Of a stretch of DNA of 64,000 nt, positions 35,887 to 47,749 are shown in pieces. The DNA is from Strigamia acuminata. Lineage: Eukaryota. The notes beneath the pieces are model-generated. The model made no database searches and was not told the DNA's origin. It saw only the letters and a list, made by a program, of their open reading frames with translations. The DNA lies in the NCBI GenBank assembly GCA_949358305.1, contig OX442314.1, forward strand, positions 17,546,001 through 17,610,000. The letters are read 5' to 3'. The stretch's first letter is position 1. Each line of letters starts with the position of its first letter. Position numbers and translations under genes: made by a program.

Positions 35887-36414
35887 AGTTTATAACGCTG
35901 TCGTTACAAACAATGCATGTGTTGAACACGCACTCGCAGGTTCGCGGATATTTCTTCAAAACGAATGACCTTCAACGTGGGTGTCGGTCATTTAGAAATC
36001 TCCAATTCCGTTGAAATTTATTGCGACTCGATTCGTGTTATCGAAATGTGTTTAGGACGAAATAAATCGACTAAATCCAGATAATTCGGTAGCTCAAATG
36101 GGGGCTTCGAATGTCACCGGGTGGATAAAAAGGTGGGAGTTAGAACGAGCACGGTTAGAAAATTAGATGCGAAAATAAAGTTGACTTGTGGTCCAAATTG
36201 TAGTTGGTCGCGAAGTGTCGGAATATCGACACGTCGCGATATTTATAACAATCGGTCAGCTGATCGATTGATCAGCTGATCGATTGTCACATGACCCAAA
36301 TTAACAAATGAGGTTAAAATGAAAACCGCGACAAGGTCGCGCGCATAAATTAAGAATGAGAACAGGTGAGGAATAAAATTGAAATTTAGGAATTGGGAAA
36401 GCTCACCCGTGACA
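35887..36414 (-). repeat. 5' LTR (528 bp)
   Basis: Direct repeat of 23905-24432. Confidence 0.97.
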
Positions 36415-37186
36415 AATTCTACATTTTTAATTCTTATTAATATTTTACTGCAGGGTATTTGTGTCTGATGTAATTCTACCACCGTTACAAGTTGTTTCAA
36501 GTAGATGATCCGATATTTGTTTATTTTAATTAATGAATAAAATAAATATCATAGCCAGTGGTCGAATTAGGTCTATTTCTTTATTAAGATATTTTTCTCT
36601 CATTTTTTTGACACTGATTACATATTTTTTATTTTTGCTGTGAAAAAGGTTTTCTAATTTGTGACGGTTGTGCTGTTTATCCCAAATAAATGACTAATTT
36701 TGCCAATAGTTGGCGCGTTTGATCATTTAATGATAAATGTTATTACAACTTGAAAGAAAAACTACATAAAATCATGAACCATGATTCATGATAAAAGATA
36801 AAATCGTGTTTTATGTTAGTTTAATGTCAGATTGCATTTTTATAATATATTTATTTAAGTAATATTTATTTTAGCTGTAATATGATAAAATGAATTTATC
36901 ATAAAACTGGATTAAAAGATTACGACGCTAATAAGCGCACCTGCACAGAGTTCAAACCCCATTCGGATTAAGTTAAAAGGCTTAATCTCGAATGTATCCT
37001 CGGTATCCAGTTCCTGTTCTCCCCTAAAAGAGAGCTATATAGATTCTGTTTATCTGGTTCATGTCTTCAAGGATTGGAAGGATTCTGGAAACCAATGTCC
37101 CTATTGGGGCAATGGTTAATCCAGTAATCCTGTCAGCATATATATTTCCCTACAAACCGGAAATCATCGTCACAAATTTGCAAGTA

Positions 37187-40100
37187 TTTTTTTTTTATTA
37201 TTATTGTTTATTTTCCAAAAGAAGGGTGCCCCCCAACAGCCGAAGCCTACAGGGGGGGGACACCCATCAAACCACCTAAACAACCATCGTCAATTACAAA
37301 AACAAAAAGAGATCAAAAAAAAAAAAAATCATAATTCAAAATAGAACATCAAAAGAAACACAACAGCAAAAACAAAAAAACAAAATTAAAATTACATTAA
37401 ATTAGCATCAAGACCCAACAACAAAAGCATGCTCAATACCAGAGAGAGTACAATTAAAAATGTCAATATCACCCAAAAAGACATTAACGCTCCGTAATAA
37501 ACGCCCAACAGGGGAGTAAGAGTTAGAAACAGAGAAAGTAACACGTGGGGTGCGCAACTCCCTCCCCACCCAAGGAACATTAAAGTGCAAGCAAGATAAC
37601 AGACAGGGAGCCACGACCTTGCCACTGATCAAACGAAAAACGAAAATGCAGTCAAGAAGAATCATATGGGAACCAACAGAACGCAAACCCAAAGCCACGA
37701 GCACCTCCGAATAAGAATAATTAAATAGGTGATAAAAAAATCTCCTATAAATCATCCAAGCAAAATTACGTTGCAGCCCCTCGAGACGGTTAAGCAGATA
37801 GACAGCACAGCCCCTCCAAACCAAAGACGAAAACAAAATACGAGAACGAACCAAAGAAATAAACAACAAGCGAAGCGGACCCGGAGACGTAAAAACAAAA
37901 GAGAGACGGAAGAGAATGCCCAAAACCCTCGTACACTCACCGACCAATCGATTAACATGATTTCTAAAGATAAAACAATCATCGAAAGTCACACCCAGAT
38001 CCCTTATCACCGAACGTCGTGGAATCAAAACACCACCCAACGTGTAGGGATGCAAAAGCTTCACAGCACGACGGGAGAAAGAAAGCACTACTGACTTGTT
38101 GACATTTAGGCTCATGCAGTTTGCATCAGTCCAACATTGTACTCTATTCAAATAACGCTGCAGATCCTCGCAATCCCCAACAGTATCAATGCTGCGGCCC
38201 AACTTGGTATCATCCGCAAAGAACGAGTGGGACAGACCACGAAGAAAGTAGGATAAATCGTTGATAAACAGCTTGAACAACACAGGACCCAGAATAGAAC
38301 CCTGTGGGACACCAGAATTAGTCACGTAACAACTTGACGTAGTAACCCCATTACACTTAAGAAAGTTATTCCTCCGACCTAAATAACTAGCAAACCACTT
38401 AATAAAACGCGGGGACAAACCGTAAAACTCCAGCTTGATCAACAGTAGATCGTGGCAAATTCGATCAAAAGCCTTCGCGAAATCCAAGTAGATGACATCA
38501 AATTGGCCCCTGGTATGAAAAGAGTCGAATACCTCATTATAAAAATTCAGGAGATTCAGCTCCACAGACTTCCCACATGTAAAACCAAACTGGGCATCCG
38601 TAGTAAATCCATCTACCCACGAGCTCATCCTGGCAAGCACAGATAGTTCAAATAACTTAGCCAAACTACTCAATAAAGAGATAGGTCTAAAATTGGATAC
38701 GCTGGTGCGCTTACCGCTCTTGAAAACAGGGACCACCAACGCATCCTTCCAAGCAACCGGAAAAACCCCGCAAGAAAGCGACAGATTGAACAAATAAACC
38801 AGAGGAACCAATAACACCTCAATACATCCCTTAAGGATGAACGGCGGAAACCCGTCCAAACCACAGGCACCATGCGATCGGAGCTTCACCGATGCCGCTC
38901 GAACATCAATTCCAGACAAAGCCGGAATGTCCAGACGATCGGCAACAAAAGAATCACTGGAGCTTTTAATCCCCATCTCAGAGTCCAGATACTCATTTAC
39001 CGCAGCAGTATTGTGATAGCCCGATACAATCGACCCAAAATGATGACAAAAGAGTCTTCCCAAATCCGCGGACTCAGCGGTCAAAACCCCTCCATCGTCC
39101 AGGACAATGTCCGAATGGGCAGCACGATACCTGGGCTTTACAAATCGCCAAAAGTTCCTAGGATTATAGCGGACAGAATCCGCAATCACCCCAAAGTACG
39201 CCTCACGATCCCTCCTCATCTGAACCTTAGCACCCCTGCGACACTCCGCAAATCTAAGATAGTCACATCCACGACCATAACGCTTGAATTTCCGATGAAA
39301 AACACGCTTGTCCCTCAATAAAACCCTTAAGTCAAAGGAGAACCACGGGGGAAACTTAGAATCCATTCGAACCCTACGCGGAATATAACGACGAACCGCC
39401 TCCGCAAGAACGTCAGACAACATCCCAACCCCAACATTAACATCAGAGCAGCTGAGAACACAAGACCAATCATAGCCCGCCAAAAAAGTATATAGAGAAT
39501 GATAATCCCCAGCTCTAAAGCAAAGATAGTCACCTCTCGCAGCAGGGACACCAACAATAGACAGGCGAAACGCCAAAGGCGGATGATAATTGTCGGGAGA
39601 AACCAAGCAAGCATCAGCAAGAGAAACACACAGGTCGGAACAGTTCGAAAAAATCAAATCCAACAAATCGCCATGACAATTCAAAACTCGGTTAAATTGA
39701 GAGACCCCCACAAAACAAGAAAATTCATTTAAGGAAAGGGCCGAGGCTCGAACCACCGACAAGGCACGCCCAAGATCAAATGGAATCCAAGAAATCCCCG
39801 GAAGATTAAAATCTCCAAGCAGAATAACATCCCCAGAAAAGGACGCCACGGACTCACGACACCGGTCCAAGCAGGCCTGCAGAACCAGAGTCGGAGTACG
39901 AGGAGGAATGTAACAACACCCAACCAAAATCCGTCTAGATCCACAACCCAACTCGACCCATAAGCTAAGATCACCATACTCCAAATCAAAACGACGATAG
40001 GAGTTAATCGTGGAATTAACAGCACATAACAACCCACCACCACGGGTGAGGCCGGAATTAATGTCGCGATCATTACGGAAAACCTTAAATTGACTAGTGA

Positions 40101-40203
40101 AATAATCGCCCTCATAAATCTCGTCATTAAACCAAGTTTCAGATAAACAGTAAACGTCAGCGCCAACCTCAGTAAGACCCATTCCTATGCGTTTTGAGTG
40201 TAG
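37187..40203 (-). mobile_element. 5'-truncated CR1-like (T1/Q-type) non-LTR retrotransposon
   Basis: APE endonuclease + RT ORF, T-rich 3' UTR, terminal stem-loop, and AATAAA-C-(AAT)3-poly(A) tail. No ORF1. The 5' boundary is approximate and no TSD was found. Confidence 0.9.
37408..40182 (-). CDS. LINE ORF2: AP endonuclease + reverse transcriptase (endonuclease N-terminus truncated)
   Basis: Endonuclease motifs CLSETW, RGGG, YIPP, GDFNLP, LDLIF, DNYHPP. RT motifs NFRPISLL, YLDFAKAFD, GVPQGSILGP, FADD, RDLGV. Confidence 0.93.
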   Translation of the reverse strand: MGLTEVGADVYCLSETWFNDEIYEGDYFTSQFKVFRNDRDINSGLTRGGGLLCAVNSTINSYRRFDLEYGDLSLWVELGCGSRRILVGCCYIPPRTPTLVLQACLDRCRESVASFSGDVILLGDFNLPGISWIPFDLGRALSVVRASALSLNEFSCFVGVSQFNRVLNCHGDLLDLIFSNCSDLCVSLADACLVSPDNYHPPLAFRLSIVGVPAARGDYLCFRAGDYHSLYTFLAGYDWSCVLSCSDVNVGVGMLSDVLAEAVRRYIPRRVRMDSKFPPWFSFDLRVLLRDKRVFHRKFKRYGRGCDYLRFAECRRGAKVQMRRDREAYFGVIADSVRYNPRNFWRFVKPRYRAAHSDIVLDDGGVLTAESADLGRLFCHHFGSIVSGYHNTAAVNEYLDSEMGIKSSSDSFVADRLDIPALSGIDVRAASVKLRSHGACGLDGFPPFILKGCIEVLLVPLVYLFNLSLSCGVFPVAWKDALVVPVFKSGKRTSVSNFRPISLLSSLAKLFELSVLARMSSWVDGFTTDAQFGFTCGKSVELNLLNFYNEVFDSFHTRGQFDVIYLDFAKAFDRICHDLLLIKLEFYGLSPRFIKWFASYLGRRNNFLKCNGVTTSSCYVTNSGVPQGSILGPVLFKLFINDLSYFLRGLSHSFFADDTKLGRSIDTVGDCEDLQRYLNRVQCWTDANCMSLNVNKSVVLSFSRRAVKLLHPYTLGGVLIPRRSVIRDLGVTFDDCFIFRNHVNRLVGECTRVLGILFRLSFVFTSPGPLRLLFISLVRSRILFSSLVWRGCAVYLLNRLEGLQRNFAWMIYRRFFYHLFNYSYSEVLVALGLRSVGSHMILLDCIFVFRLISGKVVAPCLLSCLHFNVPWVGRELRTPRVTFSVSNSYSPVGRLLRSVNVFLGDIDIFNCTLSGIEHAFVVGS

Positions 40204-41114
40204 CTACAAAATCTCGACTCGACTCAAGCGGGCTTACTGTAATCCCTCGGCGACATGCAATTCAAGCCACAAGGATGTAAATACTTGTAGATAGAAATAC
40301 TTTCATGTTAAAACAGACTAAAACCAAGAATCTATGTTTACATCTCACGTTTGAATTCACACAAAAATGAAATATTTATACATATTTATACACATTTTTT
40401 GGCTGTTATTAAATTTTCTATTTATTATTTTTAAATCGGGCAAATTTCTTGGAAAATTGTTGTTGTTGTAATGGCTTGTCCGAATTAATTATCATCAGAA
40501 ATTGTATTGATTTTTGTATTAATTTATGTAGAGAACTTTGTTGGTGCAATAAATGTTTGATGAATCTTTAAAAATTCTCTGCAAACAAAGTCGTATTCAT
40601 CACAAAAAGGTTCTTTCAATTGCATTCGCACATCTGCTTTAAAACTAAATGATTTAAACACATTTTCTTTTGTGAACTAGAAGGAAACGAAATGGGAAAT
40701 TGTCCAATGTGCACACTTGTGTTAACCCAGATGTCATTGTAATTTTTATCTGTGGGTTTCAATTCACCCAACATCTTTCAAGCAAATTCTTTCTTGGTTT
40801 TTGTGGCAGTGGGGCGCACAATAAATAAATCAATTATCACGTCTACGTATTTTCAAAGGCAAAACATAGGACCAAAAATAAAATAACTAACACAAACAGG
40901 CTTTATATTTTCAGCATGTTACCTTCTGCTATCGCCATTTTTAATTTTTTCACGAGAAAATGACAAAATTACTCAAAAGTCCACATCGTCTGCATTTGTT
41001 TTTAAATAATTCCACTATTTTGCCGCTAGGGTATCGATGAGCATGCGCAAAATGGTAGCAAGTTGCGCTTCTGTTTCTTCTGTGGCCCGTACTCGTTAGG
41101 AAAAATAGATTAAG

Positions 41115-44100
41115 ATGTGAGTATATATTTCGTCTCAATTAAGATTCCATTTGTTCAATCAGAGTATACATTCCACTATGATGATTACTAAAATAAAAAG
41201 AACATATCTTAGTCTTTTAATTTCAAATTGGAGCAAAGACGACGAGTGAAAGAGAATCGATAAGCGATTTAGAATATAAATAAAACCTTTGTAAAATGTC
41301 AATGGTCGTGGCTCGGGCGATCGTTCGTATCAAAGAAGAATGGTGCTCGTTTTGAAATTTAATAGAAAAAAGGGAGCGGCGCCCAACCTTACGAAAGTTA
41401 CTTGACATTAAAGGAATTTCTTAAGCCTAAACAGCGTAGCTGCCCAACATAACCACACCCTGGTGGTAATCGCTTCGACTATGCGCACAAAATTCATTTC
41501 TATTTTTTACAATTTTACATTTTGTAACATGAAGAAATGTCTTTTGTTTGTGCCTTTTTGCTTGACTAAATGGAATCAATTTGGGATAAATTATAATTTT
41601 TATTGTGGAATTATTTTAACCGTTTGAATTTATAATTTTAGGTCTGCCGAAGCAGGTCCAGATGCAGCTGGCGATGGAGGTCCACCAAGAAACCCTCAAC
41701 AAGTCGCTGCACAGAAACGGATACAACACTCACAGGCGCAAGTGAATGAGGTAAAAGCAATTGAAATTTTAACAGCAAAATGCTGCACGATGACGATTAT
41801 TTAATGACAAATACAGGTCGTAAGTATTATGAGTGAAAATGTGGCAAAAGTCTTGGAAAGAGATGCGAAAATATCAGAATTGGATGATCGTGCAGGTATT
41901 TAGTAGTGTTGTTATGTTTTCTGGCTAATTATTACTAAAATTTCTTAATTTTTTTGTAGATGCTCTGCAACAAGGTGCTTCACAGTTTGAGCAGCAGGCT
42001 GGGAAACTCAAAAATAAATTTTGGTGGAAAAATTGTAAAGTATGTATATTTTCATGGCTTCAGCTTCTTGTTTTTTTTAAATAAATAAATTACATTAATT
42101 TTTGTTTAGATGATTATCATTATGGTTGTCATCGGAGTTGTCATTGTAGGAATTATAGGATGTGAGTATCTTTTAATCAATTCATCTTTTAATTCAAAAT
42201 TTTATTTTTATTTTAGAATAAGACACTTTGCGATGTCTTGGACGACTGCGAATAGTCAAATACAGTGTACTCTGTACTGACCGACATAGAAATTTGTCCA
42301 GATGGGTTTAGGTTGGGTTTCAACAAACCTGTCTGAACCGCAGAGTACACAGAGTACACTGTATGTTCATCGTCTGAAACATTGCAAAGTGACTACTAAG
42401 TTTTTTCTACATTATACGTCACACGTTGTATGTATATTTTATTATTTCTAATTATTATTTTTGTAAATCCAGCAATTTATAGTTTTGAAGAAATTAAAAG
42501 CACTTTTGATCATAATTATTATCTTTTGTGTTCAGTTATTATTTATTTGCTCAATGTTTAATTTGATAATGTCTTAATTTATTGCAAAGTATCCTTTATC
42601 TAAGGAAGGGCAGGACGTGTTTCAGGTAAGTAGAAATGCAGCGATTTTTAATTACGAGTTTGGGTTGGAATTATATTTCTAGCTACCGTATGTATTTTTG
42701 TTTTCAAAAAAATTAAAAGTGAGTATAAATGTAGCAGAAGTTAAAAATACTTTATAATTTCCAACCTAAACAAGTTTTTAGAAATTCACTCATTACTTCC
42801 TTTAAATTAATATGATTTCATGCTTGTTTCCTGGTTTGTGTCAACTGCTACAAAACGCACATTCTCAAGAAACTAGAGTCTCTAATTAAAACGCTTTTCA
42901 AGGTTCGCAATAGTGAAATAAACGCCTACCGGTAGTGCGTGCATGCATGGCCAGCAAGTTGACACAATCTATGGATTTAATGTTGTTGTACCTAAGTAAA
43001 TTAGCATAGCGGAAGTAAATTTAGCAAACTCCACACACTATTGCACGTTATGAAACACGTTTTGATTTATTTAAAATATGTTTTAAAAATATTTCGTTAT
43101 TTTTATTGCACGGAATTATTAAAATAATATCATGACTTATTTTTTCGTGCCTACAGTTTGGTTGGGGAAAAATAATTATCAGCCCTATACTCGCTGTGTA
43201 TCTACCGTGTTGCTTCATCTACCTATACTACCCAACTTTCACATATTTGAGTTTAACAAAGAAAATCCGTTTTATCATCATTTGATAGAAAAGAGACGTT
43301 CACAGTTTGTTAGTTATTATGCAAATACAATGTAAAGAAGACTAATATATGCATAGAACTTGTGTATCATGCTGCTGCACTATTTTATGTAATGTTTTAA
43401 TGGCTCTGTGTAACTGCCGATAACTTAATTCTCCCAATCCTTTTCATCGCCATGATAATTCAAATGTTAGTTTCAAGTTCAGCAATTAACGATATTTTGA
43501 AAAATAATATGCATCTGATATTTGAAATTATTTTTTGCGAAATTTAGAATGAAAACACATACCGGTAATAATAATAATTATAATTATAATAAATATTTAA
43601 ATGTGACATTACTTCAAATACTAATACACATTGCATTTATTCAGTTTGACAGAGGGCTGTTGAAGTTTATTGAGAATTTATTTTTCCTCTAATGGAGCGC
43701 CGCCTTCCCTCGAACTAGTCTCCAACTCTCCATTGCAGCGCAGGTGTTGAAATGCACAGTGTTGCACACTGAAGTGTTTATTGGGTTTTGCCAATTTTGT
43801 GGCCTTTATTTAGAGTGTAAGGGAGAGCGAGCAGTTCCCATCAATTACACCAGGCAAGGTCCGTCCAAACGACTGCTCGTGACACCCAAATGGTTTCCAC
43901 GAGATTCCTGGATCAGGCTACCGGTGTGTAATGGGAACGCAATGTACAATGATAATGCATCAGCGCTCTATTAGAGGATTTTAGGATATAAATTCTTAAG
44001 TAATATGGAATTGTTGTTCATTTCATTTAATTTTATTCACACAAATTAAGCGATAGCAAATGATTACATTAAATGTTATGTGGATTTAATTTGCATTGTG

Positions 44101-45740
44101 TGTTGATATTTGCGTCAAGTTGTGGGATAAATGCATCCTAGAAGAGTGAATCTCGATGTGAAAATTTCAAACTATATTTAGCCTATAATATAAGTCTCAA
44201 TCTATAATTGCCATTTGAAAAGCTATTCTATCCTGTACAATGTTTTCTCCCCTCCTTATATCTTTTAATATTAGTAATTAATTGAAACCAGAAGTAATAA
44301 ATAAGTAATAAGGGATGTTCAGTTTGTTACTGATTTTCTCCATTCTTTGAGCGCTATATTGAATTTCCGTTAGATCGATGGTTAAATGTTGCTTGAATTT
44401 ACAAATTAAAATCAAATTACAGGATCAATCAATTTTGCACAACCATTCGTAACGACTTATCAAGAATATGGAAAATGGCTTCTCATTTGTCTGCGTAGGA
44501 TGAGCATTTACATTTACTAGTCCAACTTTTCCGTACACATAATTTCGCAACTTGTAAGTCGTTGATTCTGTTGTGCAAAAGAGGTGTCAGCAGTGGATGA
44601 TGCACTTTTGGGGTCCGGAACAATGGTTTTCGTGGGGGTCCCTTCTTAACCTTAGAGGATAGGATAAGCGTGTTTTCTTTTCTTTTAGGTTTGAGCAATC
44701 AAACAAATGTGCATTTATAGGTTATATTAGACGTCACACGTCGGTAGTGCCACCACAAGATTACAATATTTTCAGTTTTGGTGCTAAAGTTGAAATCAAT
44801 TTTCTAGAAACAAACTAAATGCTTTTATTAGTTATTTATTTCCTTCTGGTGAAACGTAATCTGTGCTAGGCGCCTGCATGTGTACGCACGATCGATTGTT
44901 TGCCCAGTTTGACAACAAATTAAGGAAAGAAAGATTTTGATCGATTCAATTACCACTATTTATTTTAACTCCATGGTGCGTGTAAATTATTTATTTTATT
45001 GATTCATTGACCTATGATTGATTTGATTATTACATTCCAACTTGTGAGTGGGCGAGCGAAGACATACGAATAACGTGACGTGATTTGATTATATAACCTT
45101 AAGCTTTGTAAATAAAGATTAGTTTTACTTTAACGATCAATCCTGACTGTTAACTCAATTTTTTCATGGCGTAGTCAACACTGGACTATAGAGCTATAGC
45201 TGTAGAATAACCAATTCGAATTGTGGAAATTGCAAAGGCATCGTCACTGTAAAAATCAATTGTGCAATAACGGTTTGGCAAATACCCAGGCCACACCGTC
45301 TTGGGTACGATTTGACCTCAAGATTGTACGCGCGCGTGGGACTTCAGCCAAGGCTTATTGGAGGGGATAAGCAAGGGCAGCACCGCATCAGGGCCTCGTG
45401 ATTTTAGGGCACCCATGTTCGATCCAATCTAAACTTGTAATAAAACAACAAACATACAAAACAGAAAACAATATAAGCTTACACAATATATTTGAATCTG
45501 TAAATATAAGTACAATATCATGTTATGTAATGTAATAGACTGTGGACATGTGGTGGAGCCTGCTTGGTCTGTCACACGCACGAGTGAAGACGTGACGCGA
45601 TTTGATAATATTTCCCGTAAATCCTTTGGAAATAAAGATTCGTTGTACTTTGCCAATCGATGCTGAGTGTTAACTTAATTTTCACAGTTGTGATTTTTTT
45701 TTCCTTTAGTGGTCAGTCAGTCACTAACAATCAAGATTGA
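41115..45740 (+). CDS. Syb: Synaptobrevin/VAMP paralog 1 (diverged tandem copy)
   Basis: Exons 41115-41116 (AT|G split start), 41642-41750, 41817-41895, 41960-42039, 42110-42161, plus candidate alternative last exons at 42590, 43157 and ~45710-45740. Encodes [59 protein letters not shown] followed by a TM segment. Confidence 0.88.
42224..42391. mobile_element. Small MITE in a Syb copy-1 intron
   Basis: Outer imperfect inverted repeat CACTTTGCGATGT / ACATTGCAAAGTG and inner exact 16-bp inverted repeat ATACAGTGTACTCTGT / ACAGAGTACACTGTAT. Not seen in the paralogous copy-2 intron. Confidence 0.65.
43685..43978. repeat. Short inverted-repeat-bounded insertion (MITE-like)
   Basis: TCCTCTAATGGAGCGCCG ... 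CAGCGCTCTATTAGAGGA (16/18 match); no counterpart seen in copy 2. Confidence 0.5.
44433..44580. repeat. Short foldback element (MITE-like)
   Basis: TTTTGCACAAC..AACGACTTA is mirrored by TAAGTCGTT..GTTGTGCAAAA. Confidence 0.5.
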
Positions 45741-47749
45741 AAAAACTGATGTCTTTTTTTTCTCCACCAATATTTATTCCAATGAAAACTACAGACTTCA
45801 ACAACATTTCTCCCGTAACAATTCCAACTATGTAGCATAAATTCTTGACTGTTGTCATAGCTTACATTTTTCATTGTTTAATTATTAAGTAAGTTATGCA
45901 AAAAAAAAAAAATGATTTTGTTTCAGTCATGAAAAATGAAAATTTATTTACTAATTTCTAAGGTTGGTAAATTTTTAAGGATGTTTGTATAAATCACTGT
46001 TGAATACTGGCACGTATTTGCAATTTCTGATCTCATGCCAGAAATTTAATTCCTTCACTCACTTTACCTCATTTCTGTCATGTCTGAAAATCAAGTGTGA
46101 AAGGTTCACTTTTTGCTTGTGGTATTTTAAGATACCTGTGTACATTTTGTTTGAAGTGGTTGATATATTTATTAAATCAATGTAGAAGTGATTTTTTTAG
46201 ACTTTTGATTTATTACTTTTTACTCAACTTTTATTCTCTGATTGTGAATAAAATAAAAAGAAGTATTATGTTGTAAAAAATGTTGATCAAAACGATAGTT
46301 ACTAACTACTAGTAAATAAATAATTAGAAAGCGCAGGTTTGTGATTAATTCTGCTTGAATTTTTAATTTAAGAAATTGTAGTTTTCGGGGTAGTTTTATT
46401 TTAGAATATAATTAAAAAGTTGATTAATTTGACTGACTACAACTGACGTGTGAAGAAATCGGTTTAAACTTTTTATTTTAATTTTTAAAATTTTATTTCT
46501 CGTAAATGCCGTGATGTGTCGAATTAATAAATTAGTGAAAATTAGATGATACAGATTATCGAACTCGTTACTTTGGAATTGTAATTCTGTAAAATTGCTG
46601 ATGTAAATTAATTTAAGTCTTGTAAACGGTTTCTAGACTTGAACTTATTAGTTGTAACATGCAAAATTAAAATCAAATTAGAAAATGGACAATAAGTGAA
46701 TTGCTAGTGCCTTTTCTTTTCTCTCATCATTTTAAATAAGTGCGGGTGTCACCGAATGAAGATGCACTTCGATTCAAATGGTTATTCACTCCACCAGGGA
46801 TTCATCAATCTCTCTTACCTTCGTGTTCACTCATCCATTATAATTTATGTATATGCAGAGTGTTTACTTTAAAGTGAACGGGTTGTTTACCTCAAAAACC
46901 GTTATTAATGCCATCAAAAATTCAATAGAATAAGCAAATAGAAGTGTGGGTGCTGGGGTTGAGATAAAAAAAGGTTTAAATTAGAAAATTGTAGAGCAGT
47001 ATTTGTTACTTGTATTGACGCAATCAAAGCAAGATTTTAAAGGAATTTTAGGAAAGAGCAAAAACAAAAAACTACGTTTGAAAAGAGCGCTATAATTTTT
47101 TGGTTGAATTAACGCCGACTATTGGCGTGGTTGATAGTTCTTGCTTGAACTTGAACGACGGTTCTTGTTAACAGGGATAAATATTCTCGGTATTAAAAGT
47201 GTAAAAACAAATTCTCTTGATATTTTTAAAAATTATTTTAAAATTTCTTTTTACCCAGAAATTGTTTCTAAAATGTCATTTGAAATGAAATTGAATTTTG
47301 TCTTTATTTAAATATAGTTTTTACGAAGTTTTTAGTTATTATTTTTTTGTTTGTTTAAATAAATATGTAGAAAGAAAGATTTACAAGAGAGAAAAAGTTA
47401 GAATTAATCAAATTTGCCGATCAAAAATTTCTTTGCCTGTGATAGACCATCATCTCTTTGGATACACCCATCTCATAGCCTTCAATCAGGGTTTCGTTCA
47501 TATTGCTTATTTTTTACGATCGTAAAAAAAAATATGAAACATAGAAATTGCTTGAACAATAAATTTTTATAAATAATGATTTATTTTAATATGTGTGTTT
47601 AAAAAAAATTATAAATGACAACCATGTGGATAAAATGGCCCCTCTGGAGCGAGGCAACCCGGATACGTGACATCACTGACAAGCCGCCGCCATTGTTGTT
47701 GGTAGTTAAGAGTTCCGTGGCCTGTACTCGTTGGGAAAAATAGATTAAG

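Larger units (their letters stand above)
23905..36414 (-). mobile_element. Full-length Ty3/Gypsy LTR retrotransposon (12,510 bp) with gag, pol and an extra ORF3
   Basis: Two 528-bp direct repeats, a PBS, a PPT, intact gag, and pol with domain order PR-RT-RH-IN (the Ty3/Gypsy order). Confidence 0.97.

Noticed and set aside
37040..37185. DSGNQCPYWGNG*SSNP, faintly like an ShK domain, next to the LINE tail
   Set aside because: In-frame stop, missing cysteines and no supportable exon structure.
37392..40166. Hydrophobic alternative-frame ORFs and K/N/Q-rich antisense ORFs within the LINE
   Set aside because: Explained by the strong G/T strand bias of the LINE ORF2.
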